Below are positions 1-12,803 of a DNA stretch of 64,000 nucleotides, in pieces; within the stretch, counting starts at the first letter, position 1, and each line of letters starts with the position of its first letter. The stretch lies in assembly GCA_965153455.1 (NCBI GenBank), contig OZ234493.1:23240213-23304212 (forward strand), in the 5' to 3' direction. The translations under genes and the position numbers were made by a program. The DNA comes from Sphagnum compactum. Lineage: Eukaryota. Below the pieces are notes generated by a model. The model made no database searches and had not been told where the DNA came from. It worked only from the letters and a program-made list of their open reading frames with translations.

Positions 1-3000
1 TGTCATGGAATGGTCTCACAATTGCCCATCATGTTCAATTTGTCACCAAACTTGCACCAATCAATTTGCTTGGCCCCTTACCCAACATAATGGGCAAGGG
101 CTTGATTATTTTAATGTGTAGTATTTTAAATGGAAGGAGATCTAGGGTTTGCTCCTAGTCATGGTTGTTGTTTCATTTTATTTTAACTATGTGGAAATTG
201 GAAAAAAAAACTGAAAAATTTGGAAAAAAATTGTAAAAAAAAAACTTGATCTTTGTGATGTGTAACACCCTTAAACTAGGGCATTCTATAAAATAAAGCC
301 TTTTAATCATGCACCTTGAGAGGGCCCTTATTTTGCAATCATCTTGGTCTTCAAGTGTCACCTTACAAAAAAAATTAGACAATCTAAATTTTCACTAGCA
401 AATCATTTTGCCAAATGGACATTATGTAGAAGTTAAAATAAATGTTGGCAAGTTTTCCAATTTGGAGTGTTAGACCAAAGGGTTTAGGTTCAAGTTCCTT
501 TGACTTAGACCTAAACCAACCTCCTTTTAATGAAACCACCACAAGAAGAACCAAATTATGGAACTAGTCTTTTGCCAATACCATAATCAAAACTTTGAAA
601 AAACAATTTCAAAATAGGTTTGTGTTCTTTAAGTAAGTGTTAGGCAAACTTTTTTCAAAAGTTTGCAACTAGGCTAAACGTTATAAATAATTGATCAATT
701 TTAATTAATTCTAAACTCCATATCTATATAATCCTTGTTTTTAATTTGTTGTAAAATTATACTCATACACTATTCAATTTATGATTGTGTAACATGGTAT
801 TAAGCCTAATTTTTGAACCATGCTCAAAAGTTTGTAAACATGAAAAAATGAACCAAAATCAAAATTGGATAAGGTTTAGAAATGTAAAAAACTAGGCTCA
901 AACTTGCGCTCAAAGAACCTAACCAACAAACATTCAACATCAAAACCAAATTGAAAGTTTTTTTAAAAATGAAAAACTTACCAACATTGGTTAAAACATC
1001 AAAACCTCATTCACCCATGGTAGCCTAAAGTGAGAATTTCCACATGGAAAGGTTGTATATCCGCAATCCTAACAATCTCAAGTGAACAAGTAGGGTTGTT
1101 GAATATGAAAGCATACAAAACATAAAAAAAGACGCCTATTGTCTAGTCCACTACCATCAAATAAAACTACCATCTAGAAAATAAAGCCAACAATATGAAA
1201 CAAAGTAGAAAAGAACCAAAAAATGGTCATTGCACTACTACAAAATGTGGGTATAGTTCACTAGTCCCAATTCACTAGACTAGTGAATTCACTACTTCTT
1301 CACTGGTCCCTGTTCACTACATTTAGTGAATTCACTCAAAATCCAATGAAATCACTTGGCGTACAGGTACACCTTTTGTTGTAGTGTTGTGATACAAGAA
1401 AATAGTTACTTTCTAACTTAAACTTTTCTTATGTATTGTAAGTTGTACCAAAAGGTGTAGATTACTTGAACATCAATTTGAGATTCTTTCCACCACTATT
1501 GTTACCTTCCATGGTTGTAGCTATTGTTTAGCAAGTAGTTGCAAACCAACAAAACTAAGTAATTATATCATGGGGAAAAAAAGATATATATATAAAATTA
1601 TAAACTAACTTCATAAAGTAATATACCATCCTACATCACCTAATGCAAGGTGTTCAACCATCTCTAAGTAAGAAAATATAAGTAAATTTATTCTCCCCAC
1701 ATTCTACAATAACCATTGAATGTTCCAAAAATTTCAATAAGTACGTTTTTGTCCCTCATAGTAATATTTCTTTAACCACCTTCCATGTATTTGAGGAATC
1801 ATACAACATAAGTCTTTTTCCATTGAATTTACACGATTGTATTACTTTCCAAGCATTATACAACTTCTCCCAAGGTCTCTCCAAATCTTCCTCTAATTCT
1901 ATTAAATTAGACTAAAACAAATGGGCCATCCAAGTTTTTTCCAACAAACATAAAAATAATCAAAAAACCATAAACGTAGAAAAATGAGGAACGAAAGAGG
2001 TTCCCCACCATCGATACACACATGGGTGTCCTCATTTTTTAAAAATTTGCTCACTCTATTTTTTCAAAGTCAATTTACCAACTTACTTTTTAAAATAATC
2101 TTCAAATCATATATTTAACCATAGGGAATATTTTCCATGTACCACTTTCTAGAATAAATTATTAAAATTCTTCCTAAAAAAATGATTAAACTCCTACTAT
2201 TTGGATTTACTAGATTTGTCACAATAATTAAAGTTTAATTATTTTACCTTGGAGATAATTAAAAGATGATAATTATTACCATGTGTAACAAAGGTTCCAA
2301 AAGACAAAAGTAAAAGTTTCCAATGTTAGTTGTTACCTATAAGTTTTGTTCAAAATTCTAAACATTCTAGTTGTGGTTATAATTTATCACAATAGTTTGA
2401 ATGTGAAAAAGATATGTGATACATTCATTAACCTTGGTAGGTTGAACATTTTAATGACAAATATTTATATAATTTTTCATAGGAATTTGACATATACATT
2501 AAGAAATTCACCTTTACACCATGGTGTCAAGATTCTAAATGTAAATGCACCTTAATAGTTCTGAAAACTCATGAATCTTTTACTCATAATTATTTAGTGC
2601 CAAATATGTTAGGTCAATACAATAAATGTAAGGATGTTAATTGTGTTTGAGTTGCTATTTTTATGTTGGATGTATGTGAAGGGCTCCACTTGAAAATTCA
2701 TAAGGTCAAGATGATTTGCAAGGATGATGATGTTACATGAGTTGTTTGATTTTTGTGTTACGTGTCTCTTTAGCTATAATTAACATTGTGGACCAAATTT
2801 TCTCATTGTTTTTATAAATGTCACATAATTTTTAGCACACAAATTGTGTGTAATGATTTATTTGAAAATTTGGGCAAATTATCATATGTGTGTCTACACC
2901 AATCATGAAGAGTTCATGAAGCTAGTGGGCAAGCATGGCATTCATCACCAATATTCATTTGATGAAGGTGATGGTTTGATGTTTTGTCATTAATTGAAGT

Positions 3001-4913
3001 AAATGTTACAATTGCATCCATTGTTTATGTTATCATTGAAATATGTTGAATATAGATATCTATAATGTAATTTTTTTTTTCCTATGTTATAATAATTGTG
3101 TCTATTAAGGGTTTAAAGTTGGAATTGTGGGGGTGCGAAGTTTGAGGTTTGGGGGTAATGGGTGCACATTGCAAAACAACCATTTTGGGTGTGAAAAACA
3201 TTTCACAAGGAATTTTCTTTATTGATATTTCACATGTTGTTTAGATGATGTGACAATGACATTTCACAATAATATGACACTGACATTAGATGATGTGACA
3301 TTGGATGACCATGCCATCAATTCAATTTGACATCCCATATTCAACATGTTAAATAAGGTGGAATCAACTTGTTATTTATAGCATGATCACATACAAACTT
3401 TTTTGTTTAGAGAATTTTCACATAAAAGAAAACTTAAGAATCAAAATTTTGAAAATGAATTGATTTTTTAAATTTTCAATCACCAACACGATGGAAATTT
3501 TGGTAAAAATAGTTATATTTTCATATTTTGGTTTTCAATTTGTCTAAAAACTACTAATTTAGAAAATTGGCCAACAACATTGTAGTACCTTTATCATTTT
3601 GGCATAAATTAAATTATTTTTCATTTTGCTGAAATTTTGGAAAATTATTCATTATTTGTGTCGAAATGTTAATAAATGAAAAAGTTCAAGTATCATGATT
3701 TGAATCATAGACCTTCCATGAAGGTGACTTAAAACTGAAGCAATCTAAACACATTAAATTGTTCCACAACATTAATAAAACCATGTATATTAGTTTTTAC
3801 AATCATTACCTATCGAAAATTTCAAAACTAAAAACTAGGTGCTGAAGTTAAAATTTCAAATTTAAATAATTATTCGACAGTTTGTTACCAAAGTGGTAAA
3901 GGTACTATGGTAGTCAATTTGTAATGTCTCATTAAGTTGTACATGCCAACTTGTTAAGACCTATTACATTATGTTGGTCCAAATTGCTTTGAATAAACAA
4001 TGTTAAGATTGATTCAATAACCTTTCATTATTTTCAACTTTTTGTTCACCTACCTTATTAATGGATTAATAATCAATGTGGTTTTTGACCAAATGTAGTT
4101 AATAGGACACAATTTATTTGATTTAAAAGATAAAATCTAACTAACTTAGTTCACATTTGCAATTGAAGAATGAATTTGAACATGAAACACACATATTCCT
4201 ACCATGAACAAAATGTTTTTCTTTTGTAAAAGTCATAATAAATGTACTTAGTTGTCAAAATTGTATAATATAATAATTCATAATTTGACATAATTTTTAT
4301 TTTTTTTAATGGACACACTTTTGATTCCTACTTGACACATCCCTAAGGGCTTAGCCATAAGGTATTAAAATAGTTTTTTCAATACAATGCATTATGAAAA
4401 ACTTGTAGGCCTTGTACACATTCCCCAATTCTTCATGGTGAGAAAAGAACGTGATGTCAAAATTCTTGTATAAGATTCAGATGAACTCTTCAAATTGAAT
4501 TCATGGACATATATTCAAATTGCACAAACCATGAAAGCAATATTAAAATCAATTTGGTTCACAAACAAGCCATAAGCTCACATGGACTTAGAAAATGCAA
4601 CACAACTTGAACTTGAGAGAAGTCACCACTTCAAAATGTTTGTATAATATACTTTATAAATCCCTTGACGAGCTACATTGAGATGACAACTTTGCCACTA
4701 ACTAAACATGCACCGATGTCCATTCCATCTTTGTGGAACGTTATAATCTTACCTTTGCAACTCAATAAGTTTATCTCTTGTCCATCATCACATGGTTGTA
4801 TGCATACATGCATTTGAAGTTATGTCCTTCAATTCTTTGGAGTTAATTTACTTTTGTAAGTTATTACATTAATGACACATTTGAAAGTCAAAACCTTGTT
4901 TTGTTCCTCTAAT

Positions 4914-5124
4914 GGTGCATTCACACTTGAAGTTAAGTCAATGTTAAATGAAAATCTAGGTGGCATCCTAGGTGGGACCCAACGGTAAATGGGCAATAGC
5001 TTAATGTTAAGTGAATGTTAGCTTAACATAAAATGTTTATGGTAAGTAAGTGAAAGTTGTAAATGACTAGCATGGTGTTAGGGTACTCAACACTAAAGCT
5101 CCTAACACCAAGTGTGAATGCACC
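4914..5124. mobile_element. MITE with 16-bp terminal inverted repeats (Tourist/PIF-Harbinger-like), copy 1
   Basis: TIR GGTGCATTCACACTTG at 4914 and CAAGTGTGAATGCACC ending 5124; TAA lies one base outside each end (4910-4912, 5126-5128); no ORF; a second closely similar copy at 34021-34243. Confidence 0.8.
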
Positions 5125-5214
5125 TTAAGTCATGCTTCATCTCCATTATCATGACAATGTATGGTAACTAGCTAATGAGGAAGTTGTTTAGGTATATTAT
5201 AAACTATATTAAGT

Positions 5215-5892
5215 GAAAGCTAAACTTACTTTTCATCCCAAAGACCTCTAACATCCAATTCAACTTGTCCTTTCCACAAATGAAACAAGATTAACTTTTC
5301 ATCCAAACTTTTCAATATGCGAAACCTAGACCCTACTGCTCCTTGTGACGTCTCTCTCTCTCCACCCATTTCATAATGAAAGCAAAACCACCCTAAACCC
5401 TAAACCCTAAAAATTAAATTTAAAATTAAAAAAAAACCCTAAACCCTAAACCCACTTTTCATCCCAAAGACCTCTAACATCCAATTCAACTTTTCCTTTC
5501 CACAAATGAAACAAGATTAACTTTTCATCCAAACACTTCAATACTCGAAACCCTAGACCCTACTGCTCCTTGTGACGTCTCTCTCTCTCTCCACCCATTT
5601 CATAATGAAAGCAAAACTTACTTTTCATCCCAAAGAACAACGAATTCAACTTTTCCTTTCCACAAAATGAAACAAGTAACTTTTCATCCAAACACTTCAA
5701 TACTCGAAACCCTAAACCCTACTGCTTGTGACGTCACTCTCTCTCCACCCATTTCATAATGAAAGCAAAACTCACTTTTCATCCCAAGACCTTTATAACC
5801 GAAATCAACTTTTCGTTTTCACAAATGAGCCTAGAAACTTTTCATCCAAACATCCCGCTTGGTACTCTAAACCCTACGGCTGCTTGTGACCC

Positions 5893-5900
<8 letters not shown>
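5215..5900. repeat. Tandem array of about four 150-170 bp units upstream of the CDCA7-like gene, with interspersed CCCTAAA repeats
   Basis: The unit GAAAGC(A/T)AAACT..CTTTTCATCCCAAAGA...TTCCACAAATGAAACAAG...CCCTACTGCT..TTGTGACGTC.CTCTCTC..CCACCCATTTCATAAT recurs at about 5215, 5453, 5607 and 5761; (CCCTAAA)n at 5391-5411 and 5435-5452. Confidence 0.9.

Positions 5901-5927
<27 letters not shown>
5899..5927. repeat. (CT)n microsatellite
   Basis: Direct reading of the CT run. Confidence 0.9.
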
Positions 5928-5933
<6 letters not shown>

Positions 5934-5944
5934 TCGAGGCCATC

Positions 5945-5998
5945 CCGGGAAAATGCAATTCAAAACCGGCGGGAACTCGTCGGCATTCGGTCTCCCGC
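5945..5998. promoter_or_regulatory. Cluster of E2F-like sites and a CHR-like element in the proximal promoter
   Basis: CCGGGAAA (= TTTCCCGG on minus) 5945-5952, TTCAAA 5959-5964, GGCGGGAA 5968-5975 and TCTCCCGC 5991-5998, all within about 180 bp of ATG 6127. Motif match only. Confidence 0.45.
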
Positions 5999-6126
5999 GC
6001 GAGACCTCTCGTCAATTGCTGGATCCGGTTTGCTCGATTTTTCTTTTGATTTCTGTTAAGCTCCTATTTGGAGTGCTGTAATTCTCTTCTTTCGCCGACT
6101 TACCCAGCAGAGTTGCAGCAGCAGCG

Positions 6127-9100
6127 ATGGCAAAGGAGGGCTTGAAAACGACACGCAATGGCGCGGCCAATCTGCAACTTTCACCGACCTCTTCCGCTTT
6201 GCGTTCCCCTCCGCATCCAGTGAGTCCCTCTTCTTCTTCTCTTTCGGACTTTCTCGCTTCCTTGGTTGATTGCTCCAATTTTGCCGTCGTAAAACGTATG
6301 ACCTTTTCAGTCTAAGAAGTGCGTGATCGCGTTCTCGCTTTTGTCTATATTCTTCTGTTTGTTACGATCTGCTGAGGTGTCGCCGTTTACGTTGCCTGCG
6401 CTTTTTGATGTTGCGAAGAAGGTGGCTGATATGTCGACCAGGTTGTTTTTGCATTATTGATTGCTGCTCTCTGTTCGTTATTTTCTGGTTGTGAACAGAA
6501 AGCTAGGAAGAGGAAGCAATACCTGACTGGTGAATCTCCCGCAAAAGCTCTGAGAGGTAGCTTGATGGAGGCATCGGTTCACAAATCTCGATTATCAGCT
6601 TCTCCTCCTCAACGAAGGATGACCAGGGCATCGCTGAAAGGCTCCTCTGATGACGTCCAGGATGCGTCGTCCCCTAGCAAGTATCAGAGGCGAAACGGAG
6701 AATTGCATACGCCAAAGAATCACTCCACTGGTCCTTATGAGAAAGTCCCGCTGCAGCGTCGGTCTCTGCAAGGAGCGAATGAACGGTCTAATCTGGTAGA
6801 TCTCACTGCAGAAAATAGTTCCGAAAGCGAGAGTGAGACCTTGAAATCGGCTAGTGAATTGGCCAGTGGAGGGTTCACTTCTGAAGATGGTATTCTGAGT
6901 CGCCTTCAGCCCTCTTCGAAAGGTACAGAATCTAAGGGTATGGTTCCTGAGAAGCCAAGGGTTTCTAGCAGAAAGATCAAAGTAGCACAGGCCAAGGCAA
7001 TTGCTTTGTCAGATGGAAAGCTTGCCAAACAAAGTGTTCTCAAGCCATCATCCACTGCAAATATGGAGGCAAAAGCTTCTATGGCCATGAGCAGAATGTC
7101 TACAGACGTTAGCTTCGAGTCGTCTGAACAGGATGACGTTCCAAGTGGCAGAGGAGGGAAATTACAAACTAGCAAAGAACTGCTTGACACTAAGACCATT
7201 AGAACAACATCACCTGAAGACACAAGTCTGCAGCCAGCTGGTCATAAGCGTCGCAAATTCCCTGCAGTTCGCATGGTTGGAACTCGCATTTATGATTCTG
7301 AGAATGGGCAAACATGTCACCAGGTGACATTTCCTTCTGCCGTAATGAGCCCAGGAAATTGGTACCTTGGGAAGAGACTTGGTCATGGTGCTTGGCAGTT
7401 GGCATAGTGATGGGGAGTTTCTTCTGCTGGATTGAACTCAGAATACATCTGTTCATTTATGCAAGCTAGAGTTGCTTGATATGTATCTCATTGAAGACCA
7501 CGCTTTCTAACAGATTGAGACATAGAGAACATATTGATTCAATGAGAACTGGTGGCAGTGCCGGCAGAAAAGACTGGAGTTCATGGCAGTTTGCAGGAGC
7601 AAAAATTGCACGCAAAAGTTTTGTCCCAAGTGCCTGTTCAACAGGTCTGTTTAATTCTTCTTCTGGGCTTCTATTGTTGGCTGAGTCAGTGGTCCTGTCC
7701 AGCAACCCTAAATGTTGGAAAACTTCTAGAGCAGTAATGCAAGGATTGTGTTAAACAGTTTGGATTCTTCTATTGTCTTAGATATTACTCATCTCAACAT
7801 TCTGATGCTGGACTCTGCCACTGTGGACAAATTAGCAGATACAAGACTAATGAGTGCTTCATTTTCAATGTGAAGGTATGGTGAAATGGTGGGAGATTCT
7901 GCTTCCAATGAGTCTTGGTGCTGCCCCCGCTGTAGAGGAAACTGCAATTGCAGTATATGCATGTGAGTATGTTGGGTTTTGACATATGATGGTATATGCT
8001 AGCTGTTGGATTTGAGGTCGCTTAAAATATGTACCAGCATTGGATTGTTTGCACTTGTATTTCTGGAGAAACAAACTGTAATACAACTTATAAAGTCTGT
8101 CAGATCTTACTCAATGCAAAAGCCATATATTGGAGGACCAGCAGCTACATGTGGGAGATGGAATCTTCACTATGTTCAAACCTTTCTGTACTTAAACAAG
8201 CAAAGTTGACATCCAAAGTTTACTCACAATTTAAAGGATATTGCAGGAAGAAGCAAGGACGCTCTCCCACAGGAATTCTTGCCCACACAGCTAAGGCTAT
8301 TGGGTATGGATCTGTTGCGGAGCTTCTTGAGCAGCATCCATGTGCTCAGGTGATCATGCTCACATGGCACAAAGTCCATGAATTCTACATCTTGTTCAAG
8401 TGCTATCAAGAATATCATGCCAAATTTTATCTCTTGCAATCCCTTGTTAAATGAAACTGGTACATCTGAGGCATCAACCAGTGCAGGAGGGGCAAGGCCT
8501 TTGGGTTTAGGGTTTAGGGTTTCTACCTTCTCATCTTTCATCAGATAACTTGTGATATCAGATCTTTGATCACATGTTTCATTGAGGGTTTTAGCTGTGT
8601 ATCACTTGAATGGGGAATGTGATGATGAAAGGAAGCAGATTTAATGGTGGATTTATATCAAAGGTGACATGGCTACAGCAAAACTATCTGCTGAATTGCA
8701 TCTTATGTGTGCCATTAGGATAACTCAGGGCCTCCAATTCAAAGAGCAATGGCAAAATCTGAATACAATGGGGTTACAGTATCTCATTTTGCACAATCAA
8801 TAGAAGCAAGAGCAAGGAATGGGATGGGTGAGGGCGCTGGGATGAGACATGAAGCACAACTTGCTTCAAATGGATTGGCAAGTCCAGGTGTTAAAGATGC
8901 TTTCAAGGATGCAGTTGGTGTACAAACACCAGCTGTCGAGGGGACCAATAATGGACCAATCCAGACTATGAGAATGCCTAGGAGGGCACGCTGGGTTCCT
9001 GGAGGACTGCTGGCAAGTGTTAATGAGGTTGTTGTCCCAGTGGCCCCACCTCCAATATATCAGGTGCAACTCATCCTTGTTTTGCAATTTGATTCAGCTC

Positions 9101-12100
9101 TGTGGATACTGTATTTTCCACCATCTGCTTATTGCTTAGCAGAGGTGGAGTTTTAAAGTTTCATTGTTTGAGTTTGTTTGGATGAGGAGGTTGGTAAACT
9201 GAATGAAGCATTCAAGAGCAAATTGATTAACTAATGCAAGCTGATTTATTGTCAGGTACAGAGAGTGGAGGTGCAGGAAGAGCTTGCAGTGGAGGAGGAA
9301 ATTGTGTTGCCAACAGGGAGTTCACTCATCACTGTTGGTGGCATAGAGATAGCTCAGAATGCTGTTGGACCTGCTTTGCAACTACTGGAGTTCTGTTGTG
9401 CATTTTCTAAGGTAGAATGTAATGGCCAGAAAATGCAAAGGATTGTCTGGAGTGGTCTTTTTTATGTGCCTGTCTTAGGTCTCTGTGGAATGGTGACAAT
9501 CTATAGTCACTGAGACTGGCGTGGCTTAGCATTGTATGTTCTGCATCCAGGAGAGTTTTATCATCCATGACAGAGCCTTATATGTGACATTGACAATAGT
9601 GATTTCTGCAGACTGGTATTTGTTAGTAATTTGCTTCTGATAGCCCAATTGGACTGTGCAGCCCCTTGGTATCAAGAAAGGTGCGGCAGTGAAGATATTA
9701 CAGGAAATTGTCAAAGGCTGCAATATAAAGCGTGGATCTCAGTCCCAGGTTATACAATTTCAAGTACGGCTGTTGACTTTGATACTTGCTGAAAGCGATG
9801 AGCCGTAAGTACTCTGTACAAGTTCTGACATGAGTCACTGTCTGATGGAACTTCAAATTTTTGACATAATGGATTGTTCTGACAATGAAAATGAAGGAAA
9901 ATCCAATCTCTTATCATGCTGCTGTCTAAAAAGTGTTACTCTAGCTATAAATGCCAACTGAAGACAGAGATTCACATCCATGTTGCTCTCAAGTTGTTCC
10001 AAGAAGCTTTGAGGTTCAATGAGGATGTGCATATTTAGAAGTAGAATTCTCAGTCAGCTTAAGTAGGCTTTCAATACAGGAATTTCAATTCTTGGGAACT
10101 CTAAACTGTGACCACACAGGAGTGTTAACATTTGACATGAGTTGATTAAGCTTCACTTTTGTAATGCATTTTTCTTGAATTTTTTATGCAGATGTAATAT
10201 TGCATACTCTCTAACGAGCAAGAACTCTTGGCTTGAGTCTCTGAAGAAATATCTGCAGAGAAAAGATGAATTTTTATCGAAGGAACGTAAGCCAAAGAAT
10301 GCAGATGATCAAACACAGGGTCATCATACTTCCACATTACTGTTTGAAGATGGATTAGACATCATTATTGCTGCATTAGAGCGTGGAGTTGAAGGTTATG
10401 TGGATCTTCAAGTCAATGAGAAGTTGCAACTTCTTAACATTCTCTGCAATGATTCACTCTCCACTTCGTAAGGCCTGTCTGTCCCTCACTTTCCTGTCCA
10501 TAGAAGCTGTGACAAGGGGGATTTATGAAGGATGTGGGTGGTAAACGTAATTATCAGCCTGAAAGGTTGTCACCTTTGCTGCAATTGTCTTTCCACTCTT
10601 GCAGTCTCAATATTATGCACTAGCTTCAGGGTTGTTCAGAAATGCCTGTTGTGTTGCTGACACAAATAGTGTCTGCAGAATTACAAGAGACTACATTGAA
10701 TCAGTGATCGCTGAAACAGAGGAGCGCGACAAGAATCATCGAGAGGAGGCAAGGGCTCTCAGGAAAGAGGCATGAGTTCTTTTCACTACATGGGTTATGT
10801 GTTGCAAGAAAATGACATTCAGGCATGCTAGAATCACTTATGTAAAAAGTTGCTTATGACAATTTCTCTTACAATATTATGTGTTGACAAATATGTCCTT
10901 TTCCTTCACCCCTCTTAACCGCAGGCATTTCTTGTGTGGGTTTGCAGGCAAAGGCAGTCCGTGAAACACACAAGGAAGCACACCTAAAGAGTTTGCTGGC
11001 CACTGGGAAACATCTAGGACCCCTCTCTCAGGAAGAACAATTGGCCTGCCTTGCTGATCTCCGAGCTGAGGCTGCCAAATTATCTGAGGCAGCAGATTCA
11101 AAGTCACTGTCCAGAAAAGGTACTTTGTTATTACTTGTGATGCTTACTTTGTAATGATCCCAAAGTAATTGCTTTCTCTTGAATAATAACCAAAACCATT
11201 TTGGTACACAGTTATATGCCCTTGAAATCCATAGTTTTTTTTGGTAGCTGTTCAGGGTTTCTTTAATATCAATCAAGTCAGAGAGTTGAGCTGTCTGGTG
11301 ATGTAAGGTTTTTGTGTGGTGGGTTTAGATGCTCAGAGAGTGGATGCAATCAGAACAGATGCAATTCACTGGGATGATGGAGCACGAGCTGTTTGGAAGC
11401 TTCAAGGGGTTGATAATCGTTCCTCTGTGGTCCTTCAAGGTTTGCCATCATCATCGTCAGTTTCTATTTTGGAGAGAAAAACAAGAGACCAGTCATTGCC
11501 AGATCTGTATCTAGGTGTAACCTTTGTGACAGTATGTCAGGAGTTGATCCTTACTTATTTGTGTCCACATCTTAGTATGTCACAAGAGACTGTCAACAAG
11601 ACAACCATGTGATTTGCATCTTCTGTTGCTGTTAGAAAAATTGCAGAAACTTGATCATCGAGAAAATCTGCCAAAATGGTAGATGAAAAAATAGTGGAGA
11701 CAACAAAGGTCAACAACATTTTCGACACTGGAGATGAATAAATTGATCTGAGATGGCTATTGAGTTTTTTTATTAGCTATCTCCAGTGCTACCCAACATT
11801 GTCACAGTCTTCCTGTTGATCCTAGAAATGGCAGAAACTTAGGATATAGTCTTTAGTACAACCGTCTGCCTGAACATTTTACCATATTAGAATCTTCTTA
11901 TCTACACCCACTGGTTTACTGGCCATTCAAGGATGCATTGCTTTGAAAGATCAGTATGTATTGTATCATAACTTTGGAAGTTATAGGTTGGTTTGGCAGC
12001 CAAGATTATTTGAGCAACCTGAATTTTGAAGTTTAGGTTCAATATTTTAAAGAGGCCCCAAATTATCTCCTTGGTTGCTTAGAGATTTTACTTCAGGTGT

Positions 12101-12803
12101 TGAATTTTTGTGGATGGTTGGTGTCTGGGGTAAACAGATATCTCAAATATCAAAGGCTCACAAGTGGAGAAGTGGTCAGTTTATTCTGAGGATGAAGAAA
12201 AAGTGCTTGAAGCTTATATTGCTCAGAAGAAGTAAGTTTTCTAAATCCTTGTTTTCATGTTATGATCCTATAGGTGCTTCACTGAAAAAGTGCTGGAAGC
12301 TTATATTGCTCAGAAGAAGTTTTCTAAATCCTTGTTTTCATGTTATGCTCCTAAATTTTGCACTGATCAAATCAGTCTTGCTTAGTCCTTTGGGGGGATG
12401 GCTTCACTTTCCAAAACCTCCAAGCAAGTTAGTGAACTAATTGGATGGAGTCTGATTCTAGAAGAATGATTGTTGAATTGTTGCCAGTATTGAGAAAGTG
12501 GTGAAATGCTGTTGCAGGAGGAAAAGATATACTAGGAGACCATACAAGCGGGTCCAACTTGCACCACCTCCTAACAACCCAAAGGAACCTCAAACAGCTT
12601 CTCCTGATAATCAATTGAATGACTCAGCTGTGATTCCTGCTCGAGATAACAACACTACATCTCCATTGTTGGATCGAGAGGATGAGTCCCTGTCTTCAGA
12701 TGAACAGGCCGAAGTAGAAGATGAAGAGGATGGAGTTTCAACTCCAGATGAGGAAAGTGAGTCAGTGGAGGATACTGTATCTGAGGAGGATGTGGTAGAG
12801 TAG
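6127..12803 (+). CDS. zf-4CXXC_R1 (CDCA7-like) zinc finger + DDT/WHIM-domain chromatin protein, multi-exon
   Basis: Exons 6127-6219, 6499-7323, 7559-7643, 7876-7962 and further downstream splice into GQTCHQ|CRQK...C....C...FCPKCLFNR|YGE...WCCPRCRGNCNCSICM|KKQGRSPTGILAHTAK (zf-4CXXC_R1). Later exons give VGPALQLLEFCCAFSK (DDT-like), EKLQLLNILCNDSLST (WHIM1-like), AIRTDAIHWDDGARAVWKL and an acidic tail ending at TAG 12803. The architecture resembles plant DDT-containing CDCA7-class proteins. Confidence 0.85.
8503..8522. repeat. Short intronic telomere-type repeat (TTTAGGG)
   Basis: GGGTTTAGGGTTTAGGGTTT. Confidence 0.7.

Noticed and set aside
1380-3050. Possible transposase remnant (LAKQ*...VERIS on the minus strand)
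   Set aside because: Too degraded to assign without a profile search.
5215-5900. CRISPR-like appearance of the repeated units
   Set aside because: The units are contiguous 150-170 bp repeats without unique spacers, there are no cas genes, and the context is eukaryotic.
6906-7456. Antisense and alternative-frame ORFs here and over other exons (e.g. 15176-15514, 21392-21679, 58099-59326)
   Set aside because: Shadow ORFs of real coding exons with no independent support.
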